A DNA stretch of 64,000 nucleotides from a virus, in the IMG/VR virus record IMGVR_UViG_3300045999_007505; one strand, given 5' to 3'. Positions 50,837 through 59,993 of this stretch are shown in pieces (position 1 is the first letter of the stretch; each line of letters starts with the position of its first letter). The notes under the pieces were generated by a model. It was given only the letters and a program-made list of their open reading frames with translations, had not been told where the DNA came from and searched no databases. A program made the translations under genes and the position numbers.

Positions 50837-51316
50837 ATCTCTTTTTTTAATTTTATACTGTGAATCCGTTGACTTTTGCAAAGTGCTTCCAATCAATTTT
50901 AATTTCGCCTTTGTTGCGTCGGATAATTTTAAAGGTTTTAATTGCCAATGCATGCATCGGATGCGTTGCATTTGCCTCCATCCAGGTAATAAAGTCGCTG
51001 ATGTTAATTTTTTCCATATATCTCTCTTTTTAATTTATATAAAGATAAGCATTTTTAGAATAGGATCCTAATCTTTTTCAATATTTGTTTCGAATAACTT
51101 TAATAGTTTCAGTAACTCCGGTTGCACATTTACGGATTTCAACATAACCTAATTTAAGGTCAGTAATGCATTCAATTTTACCTTCTTTAATTTGTTGCTC
51201 CACTGTTCTTACTTTTAATCTTTTCATATTCTCTCTTTTTAATTTATATAAAGATAAGTAAAATAATGTTCGGATCCTAATCTTTTTGCAGAAAAGTTTA
51301 AAAAAGTTTGCTGGCT

Positions 51317-51691
51317 CTAAAAGCCAACAAACCCTACTTTAAGATCTAACTTTAACTCTTCTGCTATCTGATTGAGACGGTATAATGGAGCATCCTCTAA
51401 TTCCTGCTCTACTATGCTAGATACTTTTGCTACGTCATATCCGGAGCCAAACCCGTAACATGTAACTGCTTTCTGGATTGCTTTCAACTCATCTGAAGCA
51501 TTAGTGAACTCACACTCGAGCATCTCATCATTGCCATCAAACTCTTTTTGGAATTCCATTAATGCTGCAATCCAACGTGCCTCAACTTCATTGCGTACCA
51601 CATCAGCTACTAACTCATTGTGAGCATACATTTCCTTGCTCCAAGGCTTCGTAATGGTAATTCCAAATTCTACTTTTTTCTCTCTTTTCAT
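51317..51691 (-). CDS. Early hypothetical protein
   Basis: Follows a promoter unit. Confidence 0.7.
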   Translation of the reverse strand: MKREKKVEFGITITKPWSKEMYAHNELVADVVRNEVEARWIAALMEFQKEFDGNDEMLECEFTNASDELKAIQKAVTCYGFGSGYDVAKVSSIVEQELEDAPLYRLNQIAEELKLDLKVGFVGF

Positions 51692-51786
51692 ATCTCTTAT
51701 TTTTTAATTATACTTAAAGATAAGGAAAAAAAGAATGCGAACCTAAGGATCCGCAAACTTTTTTCCAACTTTTTTAAACTTTTTTT

Positions 51787-52137
51787 TTAAACTGCTAAAG
51801 TTGCAACTATTTGCGGGAATCGTTTTCCTCCAAAGCCCGTCGTATTAGTTATTTCCGTCGTTAACCCTGGAATAGCTAAATTGTCGATATATTGCTTATA
51901 CGACGTCAAATCCATTTCGACGCCAACGGGATGCCAACCGCGCGCTTGCTGCTGCTTTGGAAATTGGCAAGTAAAACTCGGTTTATCCGTATTATCCGCG
52001 GCCATAAAAAACGCTTTGTGGGTTCCGGCAAAAAATTTAACGCTATTGCCCTCGCGTCGTACGTAACGAACGTATTCCAATTCGTTTAAAATTGTCGTTT
52101 TTAATTCGTTTAAAATTGCTTTTTGTTCTTTTTGCAT
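51787..52137 (-). CDS. Early hypothetical protein
   Basis: Follows a promoter unit. Confidence 0.7.
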   Translation of the reverse strand: MQKEQKAILNELKTTILNELEYVRYVRREGNSVKFFAGTHKAFFMAADNTDKPSFTCQFPKQQQARGWHPVGVEMDLTSYKQYIDNLAIPGLTTEITNTTGFGGKRFPQIVATLAV

Positions 52138-52229
52138 ATCCCTCTTTTTTAATTAATAATATAAAGATAAGGAATAATCCAATGCGAACCTAATTTTTTA
52201 GCAACTTTTTTTAAACTTTTTTTTTATTT

Positions 52230-52514
52230 TTAATCTTCCAATTCAAAACCTAATTCAATGCATGCATTTAATATGTCATCATACAATTCCTCATTATCAA
52301 ACTGTAAACCTAATTCATCAGCCAACTCATCAGCATCTTCAGCTGACGCCACGCAGTCATTTTCATCTTTAACATATATGCTTGTCATACCATCGTCTGT
52401 GCTTAACTCAAAATTAAACACTGCACCGTTAATTTCAACTAATCCATTAACTTCTCTATCCATTCCTTCAACCCATCCAATCCCAATTTCTACAATTTTA
52501 ACTACATTTGTCAT
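52230..52514 (-). CDS. Highly acidic early protein
   Basis: Follows a promoter unit; D/E-rich with few basic residues. Confidence 0.7.
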   Translation of the reverse strand: MTNVVKIVEIGIGWVEGMDREVNGLVEINGAVFNFELSTDDGMTSIYVKDENDCVASAEDADELADELGLQFDNEELYDDILNACIELGFELED

Positions 52515-52602
52515 ATATCTCTCTTTTTAATTTATATAAAGATAAGTATAATATTTCAATTATCCTAATCTTTTTGCAGAAATGTTTAAAAAAAGTTTAC
52601 AT

Positions 52603-52626
52603 AAAAAAAGGCGACCGAAGCCGCCC
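52603..52626 (-). terminator. Intrinsic terminator
   Basis: Minus strand GGCGGC-TTCG-GTCGCC followed by a T run. Confidence 0.8.
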
Positions 52627-53029
52627 GTGGTACACGCCTGGGAATAAGAGAGAGAAACCCGTCGGTCATGACACCCAATTGCTGCAAGTCTCAACAGCTA
52701 ACTTGCACACCCGGTTTTCAACTGTACCTACGATTGCTCGGTAGGTCGGGTTATTAATTTTGATAGGACCAACTCATTACAATGTTATTCACATCATCAC
52801 ATCATGATCCTACCATGAAGGTCGATAAAATAATCGATCCCTTCGTTACGATCCGTTGGGAGTGTCTGTTAAGAGCACTTGGTTCCCAAACCCCGTCGTT
52901 AATTTTTATTTCGATCCTGTATGTAGAAGTAAACTATCACTCCTACTAACACTGCCATCCAGGCAAAAAACATTGTCATATCATCTTATTTACTCTTATA
53001 TAATATGAAAATGACGGCAAATATCCAAC

Positions 53030-53430
53030 CGCAATCTAAAAATAGTTTACTCCGTATAGCTAGTAAAGCAAATAAAACCGGGTCTAAAACCTGGTTTTGG
53101 TCTAAAAATAGGATGGCATTGGACTAAAAATCAAACCACTCGGACTAAAAATAAATCGGCTATTGCTCTAAAAATAGCATATATTGGACTAAAAATAGCG
53201 GGAGGGTGCGGATATTGCTCTAAAAATAACCTGTTCAGATTGCTATATATAACGACACGCATACATGGACTAAAAATAACGTATATTGGACTAAAAATAG
53301 ACCTGGTACCAGATTCACTATATATAGAGCGCACATTGGACTAAAAATAGATGCCACTCGGACTAAAAATAAACCAGGGAGATATGGGCCACATCATCTA
53401 AAAATCGCGCATAATGGTCTAAAAATAGAT
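53030..53430. repeat. Phased array of (GGA/GGT/GCT)CTAAAAATA repeats, iteron-like
   Basis: CTAAAAAT at 53036, 53102, 53124, 53145, 53168, 53189, 53220, 53270, 53291, 53341, 53363, 53398, 53419 (also 53605, 53640) in non-coding DNA. Confidence 0.88.
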
Positions 53431-53859
53431 GTTCCATGGATGAGGCTCATACAGTTCGTTTAAGAACATTGTAGCCCTTTTGGAGTCTAGATATTCGGGA
53501 AATAGGGATATAGAGTCTATGCCCCGCCAAAACAAGTAGGACCGGCAGGAAGATATCTAACCAATCCTGTCTGATGCTACTAGACACTAAAACGACAATT
53601 CATTCTAAAAATGAGTCTATTATTTTTACGTGTACCATTCTAAAAATAACAAGGGGGATGAAGCCATACTAGACTCTGGACGTGTTCTACCAGGACTAGT
53701 AACGTGATTGGGGAAACCTGGGTAATAAGGGACTTGTGTACTTATACGTACTTATATCTCTTATTGCATACTTATCTTTTATACTTGCATATGCTTATGC
53801 TTTCGTCGTATACTAAGTATTATTCTTCAGTATCCGTAAACATTACATTGCTACGGCTA

Positions 53860-54279
53860 CTACTTAGTTTGGTGGATTACAATTTCATAACCAGACTCGC
53901 TTTGTAATGGAATCATCTTTGTAACCGTTTTGCCTTTGAATGCTTCATTGAAATATCCCATATCATTACCTGCTGCAATATAAGGACCTCCTGATGGATC
54001 AACCATATCAATTGATTGGGTATCGCTGTATACCAAATGCATGTACTTTTTTGCAAACTCTGTATAGGTGCCTGCTTCCGTATCCCATTCATGTACGCGT
54101 GTCTTGAATACCAATTCACTATCTGTGCCACCATCGGCTACATACTGAGCATATGCCGTATCATATACATTGGGCCAACCATAACGGCACCATTCGAACT
54201 TGCCAGTCCATTTAATGTTGCCATTGGGCATTGTTTCAAATTGATAGGTATCTCCGTATCTGTTAATGTATGTTGTCAT
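53860..54279 (-). CDS. Hypothetical protein
   Basis: Likely start MTTYINRYGD; MVDPSGGPYI motif. Confidence 0.65.
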   Translation of the reverse strand: MTTYINRYGDTYQFETMPNGNIKWTGKFEWCRYGWPNVYDTAYAQYVADGGTDSELVFKTRVHEWDTEAGTYTEFAKKYMHLVYSDTQSIDMVDPSGGPYIAAGNDMGYFNEAFKGKTVTKMIPLQSESGYEIVIHQTK

Positions 54280-54280
54280 A

Positions 54281-54484
54281 TTATTCTGATTTAAAAGTTT
54301 CGTTGTAGTATTGTTCTGCATTATCAATAATACCATCATCTTCACATCCATTATCCCAAGCATCTATTATTTGCTCCTTCTCCATTGCTTTGGCTTGTTC
54401 AATGTGGTATCTAAAATCGGGAGTACAATTTTCCATACCCCCAAAGTATTCTTCAATTAACCATTCTACTGCTGTTTGTTTCAT
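54281..54484 (-). CDS. Hypothetical phage protein
   Basis: MKQTAVEWL...AKAMEKEQIIDA...AEQYYNETF, a pattern typical of aquatic Bacteroidota phages. Confidence 0.7.
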   Translation of the reverse strand: MKQTAVEWLIEEYFGGMENCTPDFRYHIEQAKAMEKEQIIDAWDNGCEDDGIIDNAEQYYNETFKSE

Positions 54485-54485
54485 A

Positions 54486-54845
54486 TTATTCTTCTTTTTC
54501 TAATTCTTCCTGTCGTATACGATCCTCAGCATATTCATATACTGCAAAGAAATCGGCACGTTCTGTTTTACTTAATTTTAATAATCTAGGACCAACTGTT
54601 CGCATATCACAACATCCTTCTCCATCATCATAATGTAAGGTTGCAATGGTATAACATGTTTCTGGATTCACAAAACAATTTGCATCTATGCTTACGTTGT
54701 TTCGTCGATAGAAGCCTCCGCTTAATTCCCAACCATCAGCAACATACTCTTGTTGCTTATTGTAATAACCATTAGGTTGCCATTTAACGATTTCATAACG
54801 GCCTTGACCGAAACGACATTCGATGTCATTGATTCTTATTCTCAT
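54486..54845 (-). CDS. Hypothetical protein
   Basis: Coupled ORF in operon. Confidence 0.65.
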   Translation of the reverse strand: MRIRINDIECRFGQGRYEIVKWQPNGYYNKQQEYVADGWELSGGFYRRNNVSIDANCFVNPETCYTIATLHYDDGEGCCDMRTVGPRLLKLSKTERADFFAVYEYAEDRIRQEELEKEE

Positions 54846-55123
54846 TGTTTAAAATAGATTTCAATTAAATAATCTGGATTCAATGAATAGTATCGATCTT
54901 GACTATGCAAAATACCACGCTGACGAAATTTAACCTGCCGGCCTGTTTCTTCATTGAATACTTCTATTAGTTCTGGCATCTCGGTCGAAGGCCAATTGAG
55001 CTTCATTGCCTCAGCACGATTGCCAAATAATTTTCCTTGCGTTTTATAATCAGGATCAACTATCTCCGGGTGCCATTCGAATGAATCCAATGGCATTCGT
55101 ATTTTATCTTCTTCTGTTATCAT
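54842..55123 (-). CDS. Hypothetical protein
   Basis: Coupled ORF in operon. Confidence 0.6.
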   Translation of the reverse strand: MITEEDKIRMPLDSFEWHPEIVDPDYKTQGKLFGNRAEAMKLNWPSTEMPELIEVFNEETGRQVKFRQRGILHSQDRYYSLNPDYLIEIYFKQ

Positions 55124-55467
55124 AATTGTTTTGCTTGTTCAACATGTTTGCAACGCTTCCTAAACCCAAAGCCGGAGCAGGTACATGACCATTGCTTGAA
55201 TCGAACGGTAACAGTGTATGCAGTACCCGTTGAGCCTTTGATTGTAAATTGCTTGGTATCCGTTGGAATGTCACGTTGCTTTGCTTGATAGCGAACCCAT
55301 ATATGAGATGCATCTTCAACCGTAACATCTTCGGCAATGCGTATGCTACCACCTTCGGCATCGTGAAACAACATGGTGCGACCTGATATGAAATTTACAA
55401 TTACTGGAGCATACAAGGAAGGACCTCTACGCATTGCTCTAACTTCTTGCTTGGTATATACTTTCAT
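55120..55467 (-). CDS. SWIM zinc-finger protein
   Basis: YTV...WSCTCSGFGFRKRCKHV. Confidence 0.85.
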   Translation of the reverse strand: MKVYTKQEVRAMRRGPSLYAPVIVNFISGRTMLFHDAEGGSIRIAEDVTVEDASHIWVRYQAKQRDIPTDTKQFTIKGSTGTAYTVTVRFKQWSCTCSGFGFRKRCKHVEQAKQL

Positions 55468-55513
55468 TTCGTTTATCTTATAACATTAATATAAGAAAAC
55501 AATTTCATATATC

Positions 55514-56113
55514 CTAATTGTTACGATACTTTTTTCTCAAAATGATATCATAGTAATCGATGCGAGTCTCTGTTACTCCATCCGAACTTTTGATCCATAC
55601 GCACGGAAACTCTTCACGACAATGTGCGATTCGTTCTGCAGGTGATTTGGTTGAATCCGTATACAATTCATAGTACAACCAACATTCCCAATAATGATCT
55701 TGTTCCGGTGCTTTCCATATTACAGCTATTTGATATCCAAAAAATACAAATGACCAACTTGGTGCCCATTCAAAACGTATGTCTTTGTCTGACCATTTTG
55801 TTTTCCATCCTAACTCTGTAAAATCAAAACCAATGCGTTTTGTGATTGGATATCGATATCGCATTGCATTTTCATATGCAGCATCATATGTAGGCACTTT
55901 TTGAGTGTATCCATTTTTCGCATTAAGTTCGTTAGTTCTTTCAATTCTTTTTATTGTATCTAACGCGGCCTTATGAGCTAAGTCAGGTGTAGCTTTAATC
56001 CATTTCCTTGGCAAAAAATATGGAGTACCTATCGCAGTTTTTCCTATATAAAATTTAGGACGGACCGATCTGAATGGCGACCATAATGCTTTAAGGTAAC
56101 TAAACTTCTTCAT
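55514..56113 (-). CDS. Hypothetical protein
   Basis: Likely start MKKFSYLK; Trp-rich. Confidence 0.6.
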   Translation of the reverse strand: MKKFSYLKALWSPFRSVRPKFYIGKTAIGTPYFLPRKWIKATPDLAHKAALDTIKRIERTNELNAKNGYTQKVPTYDAAYENAMRYRYPITKRIGFDFTELGWKTKWSDKDIRFEWAPSWSFVFFGYQIAVIWKAPEQDHYWECWLYYELYTDSTKSPAERIAHCREEFPCVWIKSSDGVTETRIDYYDIILRKKYRNN

Positions 56114-56459
56114 TGATTCTAAATAATTCGTAAACACTATTGTTTGTTTTAAATTTAACGTAATCATCACGTTGTTCTACTATTTCGGTAACAGACGTAG
56201 TTTGCCAAGTAAAGAAATCATTAAACGGGGACATGATAAGTGAACGACCAATTCCTGGATCAGAATGCTTTGATTTAAATCGACCTTCATCATTCCATTC
56301 AAGCCACATTACTTCTTTGGATTGGTTAGTTAATCCATCATGTTCTCTAACAAGTTTCCAATTGAATTCGTTTTCAATTACTCCTTGCTCAATAGCAACC
56401 TGCAATACATTATCTTCTGTTAATGCCATTGGTATTTCGTCTCGTTTAATTTTACTCAT
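56100..56459 (-). CDS. Hypothetical protein
   Basis: TWQTTSVTEI...FKTNNSVYEL motif. Confidence 0.65.
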   Translation of the reverse strand: MSKIKRDEIPMALTEDNVLQVAIEQGVIENEFNWKLVREHDGLTNQSKEVMWLEWNDEGRFKSKHSDPGIGRSLIMSPFNDFFTWQTTSVTEIVEQRDDYVKFKTNNSVYELFRINEEV

Positions 56460-56460
56460 C

Positions 56461-56769
56461 TTATTCCGATATTGGTTTATTGCCAGTTACGAGATTTTCA
56501 AATTTCAATCCCCACATCAAACTTATCATAGCCATTTCGCGTTCTGCCCAACGAGCTGGCAATCTAAGATTCTTTTGCAAATACTTCTTGCCCCATGCTT
56601 GCCATTCATCGTTTTGTTCTACTGTCATCGTCCATTCTTGGAACCAGTTATCCTTTCGATCCTTTATGTCATCATAGGTTACTGCATGACCGGCTATGCG
56701 GAACATTTCGTTAATCATATCGACAAGCATCTTTTCTTGTTTTTCCTGTCTTGTTAATCGTTTTGCCAT
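56461..56769 (-). CDS. Hypothetical protein
   Basis: Intact ORF in operon. Confidence 0.65.
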   Translation of the reverse strand: MAKRLTRQEKQEKMLVDMINEMFRIAGHAVTYDDIKDRKDNWFQEWTMTVEQNDEWQAWGKKYLQKNLRLPARWAEREMAMISLMWGLKFENLVTGNKPISE

Positions 56770-56969
56770 TTGTCTTGTCTTATTAATGCATTTTCAGCTA
56801 TTTTAATATGTCGTTCTAACATTGCAATATGTTTATCCCGCTTTTCAATTTCTGTTTTGAATGCGTCAATTGTTTCTTGCAATTCCGTAATAATTTGATT
56901 AAAATATGCTATATCTAATATCGGATCTATTGGAGTACGATGAGTTAAATGTTTCAATATTTTTTTCAT
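56754..56969 (-). CDS. Hypothetical coiled-coil protein
   Basis: Intact ORF in operon. Confidence 0.55.
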   Translation of the reverse strand: MKKILKHLTHRTPIDPILDIAYFNQIITELQETIDAFKTEIEKRDKHIAMLERHIKIAENALIRQDKWQND

Positions 56970-56988
56970 AACTTATAATATAAATTAT

Positions 56989-57192
56989 TTATTCATTTTC
57001 CAAATATTCTTGTATGCATTTTGCATAATGTGTAAATGCCGGTTCAATCAACATGAAACCAAATACTCCGATTAAGATAGACCATATTGATATATCATTC
57101 ATCAAATAATATGCAATACATAATACTCCAGTTATGATGAATATTGTACCTGCAACATAATAAAACATTTTTCTAAAAAATTTTTCAAACAT
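56989..57192 (-). CDS. Small two-TM protein
   Basis: Two hydrophobic segments. Confidence 0.55.
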   Translation of the reverse strand: MFEKFFRKMFYYVAGTIFIITGVLCIAYYLMNDISIWSILIGVFGFMLIEPAFTHYAKCIQEYLENE

Positions 57193-57213
57193 ATATTTCT
57201 TTTTTTTAATTTA

Positions 57214-57732
57214 CTAATCCCACCAAGTTTTCATTCCGCTACCATCGAACCAAGTTTCGTATGCCGTTTCCCGATCCATATCTGATTTTTCATACATCAT
57301 GATAAACTCTGTAACACGTTGACCTTGCAATGTTTTCCATAACTCTGTCCAATCATCATCAGCCATTTGTACTGATAATTTTCCTACTCTTCGTATTTTA
57401 TCTACACGTTGCTCCGTTGCAACATCAAAGATTTCTACCGTCTCGCCTAATTCGGCTTCGGCTAATTCAAAATAATCATCTGCATGTATGCGATCTATCA
57501 AATCAATACAACGTTGAATCTTAGCAACCTTTTTGAGACGAGTTACATCAACTTCATTGCCTTCTTGAATTGCCTCTCGTAGTGATACAAGTGATGTTCT
57601 CCAAAGCTGTAACTGATAACCATAGTCCCACGGTTTAAATCTCCATATGACGCGCCAAAACGTTTTGATGTTTTTGCATCCTTGTTTGAAATTATACCAT
57701 CGCCATCTCAAGCTTCTTATCGCGTATCTCAT
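57214..57732 (-). CDS. Hypothetical protein
   Basis: W-rich; ends GMKTWWD. Confidence 0.7.
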   Translation of the reverse strand: MRYAIRSLRWRWYNFKQGCKNIKTFWRVIWRFKPWDYGYQLQLWRTSLVSLREAIQEGNEVDVTRLKKVAKIQRCIDLIDRIHADDYFELAEAELGETVEIFDVATEQRVDKIRRVGKLSVQMADDDWTELWKTLQGQRVTEFIMMYEKSDMDRETAYETWFDGSGMKTWWD

Positions 57733-58178
57733 TTGATATTTGTTTTTATGATATTATATACTGTATTTGCCCATAACGTCGGATCTGCTGCATAACCTGT
57801 TGCAGCAATCTTCTTTAACCACAATTTGGCATCAACTGAATCTAACATTGATTCATAAAATTTCTTAGAGGCAACTAGTTTGCAAAAGCCTACATAAGAA
57901 TCTTCGGTTGTTGCATAATACTTGTAACGGCTCTTGTAATTGGATATTGATGTTTTACAATCTCCTACAATGCCAAAATGATTATGTAATCGCAATGCAA
58001 CTTTGCTTGTTCCGCCTCCTGATTCTAAGTATGCCACTGAAAGGATGACGCTACTTGGAATTTTATATACTCCAGATAAACTATCAGCCAATGTAGCATA
58101 CTTATCAAAATATGTTATCTTTTGACTATATGCACTTATCATGCACATTGCAATTAAACTTGTAATTATAATTCGCAC
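57729..58178 (-). CDS. GH73 glucosaminidase/muramidase with signal peptide
   Basis: IPSSVILSVAYLESGGG...HNHFGI...GYAADP; signal ending AYS-Q. Confidence 0.85.
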   Translation of the reverse strand: MRIIITSLIAMCMISAYSQKITYFDKYATLADSLSGVYKIPSSVILSVAYLESGGGTSKVALRLHNHFGIVGDCKTSISNYKSRYKYYATTEDSYVGFCKLVASKKFYESMLDSVDAKLWLKKIAATGYAADPTLWANTVYNIIKTNIK

Positions 58179-58381
58179 CCTTCAATCTCCTTTATTTCTT
58201 GTGTTGTATCGGGACGATATGGGTCTTGTTGATTAAACAACATGTCCTGCAACATTTGATTTTCTTGTTTTATTATTGTACATTGTTCTTGAGATGTCAT
58301 AACATATTGTACTAATATCGATCCAATTAGCATTCCAATTGCAATACTAATTACTGCTGCAATAACTTTATTCTTGTCCAT
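58166..58381 (-). CDS. Small membrane protein
   Basis: N-terminal TM. Confidence 0.55.
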   Translation of the reverse strand: MDKNKVIAAVISIAIGMLIGSILVQYVMTSQEQCTIIKQENQMLQDMLFNQQDPYRPDTTQEIKEIEGCEL

Positions 58382-58631
58382 CTTCTACGGGTTTTTCTTT
58401 TGTTAATTCATATTCATAACGTTCCACAATAAGGGCGCGTTGCGAACTACTACGAGTTGATGACTTGCTTTGTATCAAATCATATTCTGATTTCAATGTA
58501 TCCATATCCATTCTGGCTACTTCGCGGATTGACGGCGGCATGTAATCAGTTGGATCAACGTTCTTCATAAATTCTTGCAAGAATGCATCATATTGTTCTT
58601 GCTCCTCTGGTGATAAGTTTTCTAAGTTCAT
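58368..58631 (-). CDS. Hypothetical protein
   Basis: Intact ORF in operon. Confidence 0.6.
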   Translation of the reverse strand: MNLENLSPEEQEQYDAFLQEFMKNVDPTDYMPPSIREVARMDMDTLKSEYDLIQSKSSTRSSSQRALIVERYEYELTKEKPVEDGQE

Positions 58632-58802
58632 ATTATACTACTATATTAATTAATAACCAAATTGCACAAGACCATCCTGCTGCTCCGACGAACAACAGAG
58701 ACTCTGTAAACAAATCTGGTTGTGGTTCCTTTAATCCATTTACCAATCTAATCACACAAGCAAATGCTAATGGGATTGTAAAAAATGCTAATGCCATATC
58801 TC

Positions 58803-59123
58803 TTATTTTTTATTGTTACACGTTTTAGTTAAAAAGTCATTGAGTGCATATCCGCATACGCATGATTGCTTTGCAATGTCAAATTTGCATCCGGGCTTAG
58901 ATATTTTTTTATCTGCCAAGAATGCACCAACCTCTGATTCTAATGAATATGTATTCTCAGGCATTGCATCTAATGGTGCATCGTATATCGTTTCCCGACC
59001 ATCTGGATGTATTGTCTTGGCAATATGTATCTTTCTTGCTGCCGGCTTTGCGACTTTACATAACATGCCCATGTGTCGCAATGCTAAATAAATTGAGGTT
59101 TGAAAATTTCTTTTGCGTTTCAT
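58803..59123 (-). CDS. Hypothetical protein
   Basis: Own TTGGAT-N17-TATATT promoter; Cys-containing C-terminus. Confidence 0.6.
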   Translation of the reverse strand: MKRKRNFQTSIYLALRHMGMLCKVAKPAARKIHIAKTIHPDGRETIYDAPLDAMPENTYSLESEVGAFLADKKISKPGCKFDIAKQSCVCGYALNDFLTKTCNNKK

Positions 59124-59186
59124 AACTCTTTTTCTATAATATAGAAAAGAATCAACGATAATCCAACCAATACGGGAGAAACTTTG

Positions 59187-59573
59187 TTATCCTTTAATTA
59201 ATTTTTTTGTTTGTTCTTCGGCTTCTTTAACCGCAAAATAAGTGTCTACTAGTTTGTCAAATCGACGATCAACATGTGAATTTAATTCATCAACTCGTCG
59301 AGCCACTGACTCAGCTCGATGACTAATTTCGTAAGATGTTTGATTGAATTGTTCTTGCACATCGCGCGATTTATCATCAATTATTTTACGTAAACTTTCT
59401 TCTAAATAAGCATTGCTTCGATATAAATTAGAAATTGATTCGTTCATATAACGATCTTGCATTTCTAAGCTTTTTTTTAATTTCAATACCTTCACAGTAC
59501 CATATACAGCAACAGCAGCAATTGCCACCAATACCATTGTTAGTACCCCAAAAGCAAACATTAATGTTTCCAT
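59187..59573 (-). CDS. TM-anchored coiled-coil protein
   Basis: N-terminal TM; flanked by complementary UTR sequences. Confidence 0.7.
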   Translation of the reverse strand: METLMFAFGVLTMVLVAIAAVAVYGTVKVLKLKKSLEMQDRYMNESISNLYRSNAYLEESLRKIIDDKSRDVQEQFNQTSYEISHRAESVARRVDELNSHVDRRFDKLVDTYFAVKEAEEQTKKLIKG

Positions 59574-59709
59574 AAGTTTCCTCCGTATGTCAAAGAACTC
59601 CCGTATCGGGTTGGTTATCGTACTTGTGAATAAGCATCACAAGAAGTTTTTGTTGAGCGACAAGCTGTAAGCGTGCAACACAACGCAATAAGTATCATAG
59701 CAACAATTT

Positions 59710-59922
59710 TCATACTGGTTCTCCTGTTATGTTTTTATATTTAACGTATTCTTGTATTGCGTCTTCATATTCCTCTCTAGGAAATGCAATGCGAATGTCA
59801 TCAATATATGCAAATACTTCACGCGGGAATGCAAGAATGTTAGACAGCTTATCAAAATCAATTTCTTGAAGTTTATAATAGCTTCCCGATTCTGCCAATC
59901 TCGTAAGTATTTCAATTTTCAT
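59710..59922 (-). CDS. Hypothetical protein
   Basis: Intact short ORF with promoter. Confidence 0.55.
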   Translation of the reverse strand: MKIEILTRLAESGSYYKLQEIDFDKLSNILAFPREVFAYIDDIRIAFPREEYEDAIQEYVKYKNITGEPV

Positions 59923-59993
59923 AACTGGTCCTACATGATCATGTTTTTGTAACTTATATAAATAAATATAAAGAAATTAAATTCAATATCCAA

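Larger units (their letters stand above)
45672..52600 (-). repeat. About 15 dispersed copies of an ~80-bp promoter/leader unit between small genes
   Basis: Sense consensus AAAAAAGTT-N-AAAAAAGTT...T(T/A)GGAT-N17-TA(TC/AA)TTTA...TTAAAAAGAGAGA-N2-4-ATG starting near 45672, 46765, 47067, 47759, 48267, 48557, 48915, 49841, 50207, 50520, 51018, 51227, 51692, 52138, 52515. Confidence 0.9.

Noticed and set aside
45672-52600. CRISPR or integron attC interpretation of the dispersed repeats
   Set aside because: Intervening sequences are whole genes of variable length; the units look like promoters, lack attC-type inverted cores, and no integrase is visible.
53131-53334. 67-aa ORF
   Set aside because: Product of the repeat array (recurring IFSP); no start context.
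53030-53430. CRISPR array interpretation of the CTAAAAAT repeats
   Set aside because: Repeat core only about 9-13 bp, non-palindromic, spacers mostly about 10 bp and partly duplicated; no cas genes in the window.
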